A stretch of DNA of 64,000 bases, taken from the NCBI GenBank assembly GCA_964035575.1, contig OZ037844.1:1488001-1552000 (forward strand), in the 5' to 3' direction. A program made the position numbers and the translations under genes. How positions within the stretch are numbered: the stretch's first letter is position 1; every line of letters begins with the position of its first letter. A model generated the notes under the pieces. It was not told where the DNA came from, searched no databases, and saw nothing but the letters and a program-made list of their open reading frames with translations. Shown here piece by piece: positions 47,067-58,836 of the stretch. This DNA comes from Rhynchopus sp. YZ270_cl-10 (Eukaryota).

Positions 47067-47519
47067 TACTTGAATGGATCCGGAGCCTTTGTGTACCTAA
47101 AAGAAACTACCCCCTTTTCGCTTTTCACTGTAAAAGCGAAAGCTTATCTCATTTTGTGGATTTTTCTATTTTTTTTTCTCTTTTTCTGGGTGTCTGATCA
47201 CGAAAGGCGCGTATGTTCAAACCGCAGCTCCTTTGGGCTCATCATTTGTTGCCCCCTTTTTCTGGTCAAAACCCTTCTCTCGAAATAAAAAAAAAAATGT
47301 TTCAGTGTGCGTTGATCTGCAACCTTCGTTGGCTTGCCCGCAGTGTGGAAGGTGATCACATTCTTTTCCCCTCCCTTTTAAATTTCCCCAAAAACGCCCC
47401 CCCCTCCCCCCAAAAAAACACCAGCAATTTATCATGTTGCTTGTAGCTCTCCCACATTGTTGCCAAAGCAGGTGGTTACTGTGATATGTTCGCACATATC
47501 CATAGAATGGGTTTTTATC

Positions 47520-47610
47520 ATGGATAGAGAACGCGCGCCGACGCAAAAAAAAACAGAAAAAAGGACGCGCGTGGACGGCGTAGTTGCGTCCACGCGCGTT
47601 CTCTATCCAT
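47520..47610. mobile_element. Tiny MITE with 9-bp TSD
   Basis: TIR ATGGATAGAGAACGCGCG; GTTTTTATC at 47511-47519 and 47611-47619. Confidence 0.8.
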
Positions 47611-48568
47611 GTTTTTATCAGTTGGGTATTTTTTTTGTTTTTTTGTTTTTTTTTTTTTGTTGCCCGTGGGGAACCAGTGTCTGCGTCCGCCGTTGAACGG
47701 TGAGGCGTTTTGCACTTCTGACTTCTCTGGAAGGTGTCCAAAATTTCTCTTTTCCCCCTTTTTTTTCTCTTCCCCCCTTTTTTTTTTTGTGTGATTGTTT
47801 TCGTGATTGTCTTTTGTTCAATGCCTGAAGCGAAGAAAAATCGTGGCCGCTATCTTGTGATAGTCTATAATCAAACAATTCTTTTTTGCCTACGCCCCCA
47901 GGTTTTTGGTGGGGCGTTTGCATTTTTTTCTTTTTTCCTTTTGTGCGCACAAAAAACAGTGCCCAGTTGTTGTGTGTTGCATCTTTCCATTTCATCGAAC
48001 AGTGCACAGCTGTTGTAAGCTTTTACCTGTTGCAGACAGCAGCCTAGTACATTGTATGCTGGGCCCACCTTCCTCACGCAGTCTGTATATCCATCCCGTA
48101 TCCTATTTTTGGGTATATTTGTTGTGCTTCGTACTATTCACTATTATTCGTTCAAAAAAAAAAAATCCTTCCTATGTGTATCCTTGAAGTTCTAAATGCT
48201 ATTTTTCTCGCATGCTAGGCTTCAAACTATCTTACCACAACTTTTATTTTATTTTTCTTATGTGCTTCAGCCCAAAAAATAACTTGCTTCCCTCATTTTT
48301 TTTTTTGAATGACGTCGCGAGCGTATCCTGCTGTCTTTTTTCATTATGTTTTCATGTTTCTCGACAGTTTTTTTTTCCACATCTCATTTGAGTGTGTTTT
48401 TTTCAATCTGTTTCGTACAAATGATTTTTCCTTACTACACCCCCAATGGCGACACTAACAATACGAGGTATATTCATAAACAATCACGGACAAACATGGG
48501 ACGCCAAGACAGAGAGCTCTAGAGATGTTGTGTTACCCCTCCCCTCCGCTCCCCCCATCCCCCATACC

Positions 48569-48925
48569 CAGTGTTGGTCTAGTACATCACTCCAAAAGTG
48601 TAGTACAGTTTAATGGGTTAAATACAGTTGAATGCAGGTTTAATACTGTTCAATACACCTGTATTACTGGGGGTCGAATATAAGAAAGGGTATCTTATAT
48701 GGTGTTACCGATCTGCTGTCGGGGACATGTCAACGACATGTCAATATAGGGGGGGTGTGTCATTTTCCCCTGTAAACCTTGTGTCAAGGACCTGTCAATA
48801 TGGGCCCTTTCGGGAACACCATTATATTTAACTTTTAGTTTTATATGAAGACTCTGTAACCCCCCAGTAAGAAACGGGTTTGCGGGTTTTGGAATAAGCA
48901 CCCTGTACTAAACCTGCCAACACTG
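48569..48925. mobile_element. MITE-like element with CAGTGTTGG ends
   Basis: CAGTGTTGG..TAGTACA / TGTACTA..CCAACACTG; TSD not clean. Internal GACCTGTCAATAT motif recurs inverted at ~60983-61035. Confidence 0.5.
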
Positions 48926-49648
48926 CCCCTTAGCACACGACAACCGGTCAACCGAAGAGTTGCACGAAGCGAACGGGGGCGGGGGGAGTACCTGCAAGCT
49001 CACATTTTTTTTTGTTTTTTTTGTTCGGGCAGTCGGAGGGTGCCTGCATCAATGGATAGCCACTTTCTCATATTGTTTCGTGATGTTGTTGTGGTTCTAC
49101 CCCTTCTCCATCAATATTATTAACCTATATTTCATTTCTTCTTATCGACAATCTATTTTAGGTGAGCCGCAGAGTTCAACGCTATTTCCTTTTCAAGGAA
49201 CGGTCCCCCCCCCCCTCACCGAGAGGATCAACCCTCATCTCTAGACACCTTTTTTTTCCCCTCTTTTTTTTACCGTGTATGTAATCTACGCCAAAATAAA
49301 ATGGGACATTTTCTGGCATGCGATCAAACACAACGGCCTCCCTTTTTAACATTTCCCTTGCTTTTTTATTTTTCCCCTTTCCTTTTACGAAACTTGACTT
49401 TTTTTTTTCTCCCATTTTAAAAGATTATTTTGTCCACCGAACCTTTTACGGACAGGGTGCCGGTAATTGTGATTCGTAGAGTGAGCCTTTCTACTCTAGG
49501 TAGAAAGGTAACCTATGAATCGATGCAAGAGCCCCACCCTTAGTGGCTGTATGATGTATTAATGATGGGCAGATCGAAAAAAAAAAAGCAAACAATGATC
49601 TATGATTCTATTGACCGCATAAGTCACTCCGCCACCCCCACCCGATAT

Positions 49649-49766
49649 TAATGGTGGCAGTATTGTGATGGGAGCCCATTGGAATACATCAAAATACATC
49701 ACAATACACAGTGTATTTTGATGTATTTTGCGTATTTCAACTCCCATCACAATACTGCCACTATTA
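49649..49766. mobile_element. hAT-type MITE with 8-bp TSD
   Basis: TIR TAAT(G/A)GTGGCAGTATTGTGATGGGAG; CCCGATAT at 49641-49648 and 49767-49774. Confidence 0.9.
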
Positions 49767-49996
49767 CCCGATATCATCTTCGATAATAATTTTTGCACAT
49801 CTCCTCAAACTCTTCCCCACACACTCTCCTCTACAACTCAAAAGTAATCAGAGCATAAAAAGTACTTTCAAAACATTTTTCAAGCTTCCCAGACTCTCCC
49901 TTCACTTCCCCCAATAAACCAACCTCAAAACAGAGACAAACCTTTTCCCCCTTTTTCAACGTCTCTCATTGTCTTTCTCTTCTCCATACCATAGTC

Positions 49997-52722
49997 ATGC
50001 GTCTCACCTTCGTGGTGCTGCTGTGCACCACCCTCGTCCAGGCGAGCATCTATTCACAGTACCCCTTGGATGGCCCCACTGTGATTGACACATATGCACA
50101 GACTAGCTCCTCGAAGGTTATTGCGCTTGGCACCGGAGTGGATAAGATGTGCGCGACCGGCGCTTCTTACCACGTCCTCCCCTCCGATTTCATCAACTTA
50201 AAAGCAAGCAACGGAGCGCCTACTGGAAACAGCGATTTTTCAACAGCAGGCTACGTTAAAGCAGTGGAGTATGGAAAACGCGCTTTCTTTACGATCGGAG
50301 GGACTGACAAAGAAGGGAATGTGAGAGGAAACTGGGGTGCCTGGGTGTACGCGGACAACCAGGGCGACGTTTCGGTTGTCTCCGGTGGCTTTTCCTTTGC
50401 AACGGGGACCAGAATGGTTCTGGACCGGTGGTACCACTTTGTGTTGACCTACTCCGCATCTGCATCAGAGATGAACCTCTGGGTAGACGGTGTCGTGGTG
50501 CTGACAGAGTCGGTGGTCATGGATTTGAAACAGAACTCACGGTACGGAGGCATGGCGATTGGGGAGTACCATCTGGGGGGCTCGCCCTTTGCGAGGCATG
50601 GAGAGTACTACATTGATCATGTCACCTTTGCCGATCATGTAATGGAGGTGAGTGAGGCGTGGGCACCGTGCATTACGCATGCACCACCAACGGATGCGCC
50701 GCCCACGAAGGTGCCGGAGACGGCAGTGCCGACGTTGTCCCCTCCGACGCCTGCTCCGGATACGTCGGCGCCATTGACGTCTGCGCCTCCGACGAGTGCT
50801 CCACCGACGTCAGCTCCGCCGACATCGGCTCCACCCACGATAGCTCCAGACACGTCTGCGCCGCCAACGGATGCACCCGAAACCCCAGCACCACCCACAC
50901 CGTCACCGCCCACCTCAGCGCCACCTACGCCTTCGCCACCAACAGATTCGCCGCCGACGCCGGCGCCGTCAACGGATTCGCCACCAACGTCGGCTCCCCC
51001 ACCTGGCGCAACGTTTCGTGTGACAACCAGCTCCGGGAAAGGGAGCTATGGGTCCGTGGCGTCGTTCGCAGTGTTCATCCATTTGATCGACGCAACGCGC
51101 ACAGCGGTGTCTCCCGTGCACCACCCTGACGCAGGGGAGGTGCGTATCTTCGAAGGTCTGTCAGGCATGCTTGCGAAGGACATTGCAGCAGTGGAGTTCC
51201 GTACGACGCATCCGGATGGATGGAAAATTCGGTCTGTTGAGCTGTGGACCGGGGTGGTGTGGGAGACGTTGGTCCTGCCGCATCATGGGGGACAGCATGG
51301 ACACTGGATTGACGTGGCAGACAGCGACAACAAGAGGGCGCCTGGGATGCTGTTGTTTGCGAGGGACGTACCACCTTTGGCACCGGGGGCACATCAGTTC
51401 AGCATCCGTGCGACAACAGGCAGTGCGGCAGGTGATGGCTCCGTCGCCACCTTCGCCGTCCGTCTGCACTTCAACAACGCACGCTTCTACGACGTGCCCA
51501 CAGGCTTCGCATCACCCACAGGCATCGAGACACTTGCCGTCACAACCTGCCCCCTTCCCCTCTCAGACGTAGACCACATAGAGATCAGTGACCCCACCGG
51601 TGTCGACAGCTGGACAGTCGACAAGGTTGAGGTGGGTGTCAGTGGAGTCTACTCAGCGTGGATCCTCCCCGCGCAAGGGGGCAGGTACGGGCACGTCTTG
51701 GATAGAACACAGGCAAATGATGCGGCTGTTGAACTCAGGTATTGTTTTTTTTTCCTTATCAAATCCTAGGGGAAAAATGCGGCAGTGCGGGCTGAACAAG
51801 AACAGCCCTTTTGCTGAGGAATTGGACACACACACACTCATCTTGGGGCCATATTCTGCGCAAAGTATCCCCTATTATCAAACACACACTCATTACCCCT
51901 CCCTTCACACCACTTCACACCCTCCACAGATACTATGCCCAGCCTTCCGCCCCTGCACCCGGCACCACCTTCACCATTGCAGTTCGTATTACAATGGGCA
52001 CCCGCCCTGCTATGGGTTCCACCAACGCCTTTACGGTGACCGCAACCAGCCTGGCAGGCGAGACCTTCACGCTACCCACCCTGACCGCACCAGGGGTGGG
52101 CGAGGTCCGTGAGCTGAGCGCAGCGGGGTCCACCTTCCCTGAAGCCGACCTGGAGTACGTCAGGGTCACGGCGTCGGGCAGCGACGACACTTTCCTTGCC
52201 TCTGTCGAGGTCCGTCTCAACGGCGTCTGGACACGCCACTACCTACGCGACTTTGCACTCAACCCAAGCAGGTGGATCTGCGGTGCGTGCGCAGGAATGG
52301 TGTCCTCTCTGGTTTACGTAGCCGCGCCTACCATCGCCTCTGTCACAGAGCCCCACAGCGCAGCTGCAGGCACACAAACAGTGAACATCCGCTTCACAAC
52401 AGGAAGCAAAGCCACGTCTGGGAGCTCCGGGTCGTTCCGGATCGGCCTGCACAGCAACAACGGTGTGTACTACAGGGCTGGGGAGGTCGTGGCCCCAGGG
52501 GTGTCCGAGGTCCGTGTGTTCTCGTGTACATCCTCTCCCATTGCCCCGGTCGATGTGCTCGCAGTATACGTCTTCCACGGCGGCGACGAAGGGTGGGAAA
52601 TTGCAAAGATGGAGATCGAAAAATCCTCAGGATATGTGTCCTGGAATGTAAACGGTGCAGGCTCGCATTGGGTTGACGGAAACGACCTAAGGACCATGGG
52701 AACCCTCGTGTGGACGCCGTGA
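49997..52722 (+). CDS. Secreted protein: signal peptide, LamG/concanavalin-like domain, Pro/Thr linker, four PLAT/LH2-like domains; exons 49997-51738 and 51930-52722
   Basis: MRLTFVVLLCTTLVQA leader; WYHFVLTY..MNLWVDG..IG..YIDHV (LamG-like); PTSAP repeats at ~50681-51004; four repeats of .V.T.G...GS....GW.I..VE. GT(51739)..AG(51929) joins the two ORFs in frame. Confidence 0.82.
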
Positions 52723-53370
52723 TATAAAACTACCAATTTGTAGCTATTACGAAGGGAAACATGATGTTGCACTTCATCTCGATTATGTTCTATTTTTCTA
52801 AAGGTCACTAAAGTAAGAAGAGGTTTATGGGTTCATCTTTTTGTTTTGTTCCGACTCCCATCCCGTCAGTATTGGTCTCCCTTCGCTGATCTCTACCCAC
52901 TTTCTCCCTCTCTCCCCATCCTGTGTATGACACCATACGTCAAGAGACGGGGTAAAAGAGGAATGCGGGGTCAGAGTTCATCGGCAGTCTCATGCTTTGG
53001 CTCTCAGGGATAGGTGTTGGTGGTAACAGTGTTTGTATGTGGTGAAGCACTGCGAGGGGGGGGCTGGACTGTGTGAAGCACCAACTCTTTTTTTCATTTT
53101 TCTTTTTTGATAACTGTGATCTCAGTAAAAACCCCATCCCAAAAAACCAAGATCTTAACAAAGATTTTAAAACCAGATACAAAAAAACACATAAAAAAAT
53201 CTTGCGTGTGGTTCCCGAGACCACCCAAAGACACAGTGTAAATCTCCCTGGTTTCCCCCCCACCCTCAATGAATTCTGGCATTCTGTATGTTTATTTTCT
53301 AGCTTGATGTGTCATCAAATGTTCTCTTGTATTGCGTGATTCTGGCGCTCATCGAACCTCCCTCTTTTAA

Positions 53371-53402
53371 GGTGACTAAGCACGAGAAGGCTTAGGTTCA
53401 TC
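53371..53402 (+). other. Recurrent bulged stem-loop motif (consensus-like copy)
   Basis: GGTGA CTAAGC acgagaag GCTTAG GT TCATC. Confidence 0.75.
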
Positions 53403-53818
53403 GGAAAGAAACTTTTTCTCTTTTTTTCTTTTTTACATTTTTCATAGATGGCAGTCTAGAGTCTGGCAGACTTTTTTTTCTCGCCAGACTTTATTGTGCT
53501 TTAGTCCAAAAAATTCCAGCCAGACTCTGCCAGACTACCATTTATGATTGCAACAAACAAACGATTGGATGTATCTGAACAGAACATCCTTTTTTTGTAC
53601 TTTCTCTTTGATGTGAAAGTATGTGAAACAATAATTTTTTTACCCGTTCTCTTTTCTGTCTTTTGTCTCTTTTGTCTCTTAGTGTACTGTCCTTTTCTAT
53701 TATAACGAATGAACATCGAAAGAAAAGAATAAATACGAATCCACTGTGACGGTGTTGTGTTGTTGGACGAGAGAGGGCATATCAGATGAAAACCAGGAGA
53801 TGGATGTAGACATGCATG

Positions 53819-53983
53819 CACGACGGGACCCAGTTACAAGTGACAAGTGAAACACGTGTCATAAATATGACAAAGTGAAATGAGTGACTGTCATGACAAT
53901 TGATTTACTTGTCATTTTACCTACTTTACCTACATTCGTTTGTCATTTTTTCACTTGTCACTTCTCACTGGGTCCCGTTGTTG
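53819..53983. mobile_element. MITE of the CACGACG family
   Basis: CACGACGGGACCCAGT / ACTGGGTCCCGTTGTTG (slightly degenerate), TG on both sides, internal ACAAGTGA/TCACTTGT repeats as in 9850-10078. Confidence 0.7.
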
Positions 53984-55395
53984 TGGTTGGGGTCCACCCC
54001 CGAGGCATTGTGTTGCGTCTTGTGGCATGTCCAGTTCATGTGGAACAGATGCGTTTAGAAACGCAGATGGCTATGTGTTCGGCTTGTCTTAACTGTCCAT
54101 GCTTTACCATTCAGGGCTTACGCCTGCAGGGTACAGGGCACGCTGATTTGTTCATAAGGGTCCGTCCGGAAACCCTCCTGGTAAGATTCATCCTTTTGGG
54201 GGTTTTTTGAGGTTTTTCTGCTCAAAACACCCAAACAACCCAATTTTTTGATACCCGCCATACACCTACCACCCCAGAGGGCATATTTTGATCATTATTT
54301 TGTTTATTTCCGCTCCCCCCCTTTTTACTTATATTTTTTTACGTATTTTTGGACATTTCATAAACGTGGCAATGACAGCAGTGAAGTTCACTTTTTTGTC
54401 GAGAAACACGGTAAGAATGGGTGCGACGCACACTTGGTGTCGTTTCGAACCATCTCTCTGATGATTCTTGTTGTCAGGAGATCCTTACCGTAGGGGTCAT
54501 TGTCGGTGCCCTGCGCGAGCTTCCCCACACAGAGGCCTTTGTTATCTCATTCCCTCGTACTCATACGTATCAGTGCACCCTTCTTTCCATCAATCTCTTT
54601 TCTTCTGTGTACTGCTACCCGAGCAACAGTCGTGTCATTTCAGCGTGTACTCTGACATGGAGGGAACCTGTATTTACTATGGAGTCTCCACATCCAAGGT
54701 GACCCGCAAAGCAAAAGTCCCTGGCATTGATCCAGTAGATTTGACAGAGGTCAATGAAACCTTGTCAAGGCGGCATGGCAGGATTAAGAGAAAGAGAGAA
54801 GAGATCCAGAAGAACGACAATAAAAGGCTGAAAATCTGATTAAAAAGCGAAAATATAGCCTCAGACCCCCCCAAAAACCTATTTTCATATCAGAATATCA
54901 CCTAGATGCACTTTTTGTGGGGGACATCATCAAAAAAACCCAAAAATACCCAAAAGGATGAATCTTACCAGAGGGGTTTCCGGACGAGTCCATAACATTG
55001 ATGGTCGACTCATGTCCGCATGGTCGACTAGATACAATGTGGACACTGTCACCAGATTTATTATTTTTTTTTGTTTCCCTAAAAAATGATGCTTTTTTGT
55101 TGAACGCATTTGTCACACCTTTCACAAAAGGGGATGTGGAATAAGATGTGCAGCGAAAGATGTATTCATTTTCTTCCTTTTTTTTTCAATTTTTTCAGTT
55201 TTTCTTTTTTGGGGGGGGAGGTGGTATATCTAAGGTGCCTGGACAACGAAGTTCAGCATCTTACCGACTTATTTGTTTTGTTTGTTTTCTTATCTGTTTT
55301 TTTTTTCCGTCTTCCCAACGTTCTTTCCTTCAAAAAACAATGATCGTTTTTTGTCTGCAGTTCGCCTTCAGATTTTTGCCATAAAAAAAAGCTTC

Positions 55396-55599
55396 AGTTG
55401 GTGCTATCCGGGGGGGGCGGCGTTTTGCGAAGTTTCACAAAATTTCAATCCTATACACAACGTTTCACAATGTGTCACAACACTTCGCAACGTTTCACAA
55501 CTTTTCACAACTATGTACACACACCATTGTGAAAAGTTGTGATTTTGATTGAAATTTTGTGAAACTTTGCAAAACGCCGCCCCCCGGATAGCACCAGCT
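55396..55599. mobile_element. Foldback MITE with ~50-bp TIRs
   Basis: TGGTGCTATCCGGGGGG..GCGGCGTTTTGC.AAGTTTCACAAAATTTCAATC mirrored; internal TTTCACAA repeats; exact ends and TSD ambiguous. Confidence 0.8.
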
Positions 55600-56559
55600 T
55601 CGCATTTTTTTACCCATATGAATTGACACTACCGATCCACACACTTCACTCCCCTTCTTAACGGCTTTTTTTCTTGCATTGTTTCTTGGTGATTTGTCAC
55701 TACTTAAAAAGTGCAAAAGGAAATGTGTCGACGAAGTGTGGAGTTCTGCCACCCTTCCTGGCAGAGGTGTGTTACGTCGTTGTGTCCATGAAAATGAAAA
55801 TTCTTGCACGTTCCAACTTCACATTCTTTCAGTAGTACAAATAACTTTGCATTCAAATACGGCGGATTAGAGGATATTTTTTTTGGGGCTAATTTAGCGA
55901 CTTTTTTTTGGATGCCAAATACATTTTGGACTACTGTAAAATGTTGTGTCAATGGGTGCCGGGGGTTTTTTGTTTTGTTTTTTTGATAAATTGTTGGAAT
56001 AGTGAAGTTTGCCACTTGTGCAAGCTCCACTTTCCATCCATTTTTATTTTATAGTTATAGCACTTTCCTTACGGTAGATCCGTTGTGTATAGGAGGGTTG
56101 GAACTGCGACGTTATCTCTTCGCTCACGTTTTTCTTTTTATTTTTTTTATAAATTTCTTTACTTTTCTTTGGCGGCGCTTTTTTCCCCACCCACTCTGCA
56201 AAGGAGGGCTTTCTTTTGATATATTATAGTGGCAGTTACGTACAGGAGCTACCTATCGGTTGGGTGATGTTGAAAAGAAAAGGAAAAAAAGTGCACCAAG
56301 CCATACTGCGACTGAGCGAGGAATCTTACGTCATGCTCCAATACTTTTCCCCCCCGCCACAGAACACAATACCAAAGGAACCTAGTGTGCGTGGCAAAAC
56401 ACGCATTTTTTGATTTGTTATGAATATTTTTGTAAACGGGAGAACTGTGTAGGCCGCTCTATGCGGTGTATGGATTGTAGGTGCCCAAAAAGGCAAGAAA
56501 GACAGCCAAAAGGTATTGCAGAAAGGACTACACAGTCATTTTCCCTTTTTTTTTTAAAG

Positions 56560-56597
56560 GGTGACTAAGCACTTTTTGTGAGAGGCTTAGAGTCATC
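56560..56597 (+). other. Recurrent bulged stem-loop motif (copy)
   Basis: GGTGACTAAGC actttttgtgagag GCTTAGAGTCATC. Confidence 0.7.
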
Positions 56598-57029
56598 TGA
56601 ACCCCTTTTTCTACCCGTTTTCGTTAACCTTTTTTTTATCACAACTTTCGATTTTATTTTTGTGCGAGATTTCAGTTTTGTATTTGCAATAGTGTGTGTT
56701 TGCGTGCCGGGAGGTAGCTAACACTCTAGTGTCAAAAAGTTATCTTTTCTTGAGGTGATTATTCACAAAACTGATACATTTTTCTCTTTTTAAAAGTTAT
56801 CTTTCCCCTCAAAAAATCAGGGTTATACCTTTGGTGATGTGGCCGAGCCCAAAAAAAATGTACACTTTTGTGGACTTCTTCTTGTAGAATAGCTGGTTTC
56901 AGCCACACCATTTGGTCATAATTCCGAGTGCCAAACTAACACCCTGAGCATCTGTCTTTATCTCTCTATCTCTTTTCTCTCAACTCCCAACTCATTTTTT
57001 AGAGGGGGAGGGGATATTTTTTTACCCAA

Positions 57030-58273
57030 CACGACGTTGAAGTAAATGACTTTACTTGTGGTTTTACATGTAATTTTACTTGTGAAAATAGTTTACTTGT
57101 ACACGTAAAAACGTAAGCGTACAGCTTAAACACAAGACATGTAAACTCCACAAGTAATTGGTACTCCAGAAAAAAAAAATCCCAAGTACGCAACAACTAC
57201 GCAACAAGTACGCAAAATGTACGCAAAATGGGGGTGGGCTTCATTTTTACTTTGTGGGTATTTTTTGGGTTTTTTTGGTTTTAGGGTTCCAGAAGCCAGT
57301 TTGTGCACAACATTGACCCCAAAAGTGCCGAAATCACCTGAAAGTGGCAAAAAGCAAAAGAAAAGCATGTTTTGCGGGGGGGAAAATTCCAAGGTTTTTT
57401 GCAGGGATGACCACCGCATAGGCTGTGTGTACTGTGTACTGTGTACTGTGTACTGTGTACTGTGTACTGTGTACTGTGTACTGTGTACTGTGTACTGTGT
57501 ACTGTGTACTGTGTACTGTGTACTGTGTACTGTGTACTGTGTACTGTGTACTGTGTACTGTGTACTGTGTACTGTGTACTGTGTACTGTGTACTGTGTAC
57601 TGTGTACTGTGTACTGTGTACTGTGTACTGTGTACTGTGTACTGTGTACTGTGTACTGTGTACTGTGTACTGTGTACTGTGTACTGTGTACTGTGTACTG
57701 TGTACTGTGTACTGTGTACTGTGTACTGTGTACTGTGTACTGTGTACTGTGTACTGTGTACTGTGTACTGTGTACTGTGTACTGTGTACTGTGTACTGTG
57801 TACTGTGTACTGTGTACTGTGTACTGTGTACTGTGTACTGTGTACTGTGTACTGTGTACTGTGTACTGTGTACTGTGTACTGTGTACTGTGTACTGTGTA
57901 CTGTGTACTGTGTACTGTGTACTGTGTACTGTGTACTGTGTACTGTGTACTGTGTACTGTGTACTGTGTACTGTGTACTGTGTACTGTGTACTGTGTACT
58001 GTGTACTGTGTACTGTACGAAAATTGATCAAAAACGAGAACTTGTCCATTTCGGCAAATTGACCCCACCACTGGCCGGACGGATTCCGAAATTGCAAATG
58101 CCGTTTAAAAGCTTCACCAGCGAGAATTTTTTTCAAAAAAAAAAATACCCACAAAATGAAAATGAAGCCCCGTGCTTTCACGAAGTACGCAAGAACTACG
58201 CAACAAGTACGCAACAAGTACGCAAAATGGGGTTATCAGGAGCACCAGTAATGTGATTTACTTCAACGTCGTG
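57030..58273. mobile_element. CACGACG-family element (2-bp TSD) carrying a (TGTGTAC)n array
   Basis: 18-bp perfect TIR CACGACGTTGAAGTAAAT; AA at 57028-57029 and 58274-58275; direct repeats AAGTACGCAA..ACTACGCAACAAGTACGCAA on both sides of the array. Confidence 0.9.
57426..58016. repeat. Perfect heptamer satellite (TGTGTAC)n, ~84 copies
   Basis: Directly visible. Confidence 0.99.
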
Positions 58274-58836
58274 AATACGGTCGTTTTAAAGGAAAAATAG
58301 TAACCAATAAACGGGGCGCCAATTCACCCGACAGGTAATTGATTCGTCACTGAAGTGAAGGTGCACAGTCAATGAAAAAAAAAAAAAACCTACTTCTTGG
58401 TGTGGCTGAAGGTCGCACCCTTTGTGCCCCCCCATTCAGCCACGCCACATTCTTTATATTCCTTTCTCAGTTATTACTTCCTCTTTTTCAAAGTGACTAC
58501 ACACGAAAAGGCTTTCACTTTATCTTATAAACTTTTTAAATTTCCCTCCTCTCTTTTTGCATCTCCCCTCTCCCGATACGAATTTACCCCACACCATACG
58601 CTCCCCTCCTCCCCTTCATTTTTTTTTCATTACAACTCTATCCCCTCCTCCCCACCTCACACCACACTACCCCCCTCACACCAGGTAAATTGTTGGCGAC
58701 TCTCTCCCTCTTTTTCTCTTCTTCTTTTGTAGAAGCGGACAACAATACAAACCAAACTTTTCCATTTTTTTTGTATCCTTTTGTCAAATTTGAGTCAAAA
58801 AAAAAGAAAGACTCTGAGCATTTTCCTCAAATTAAC

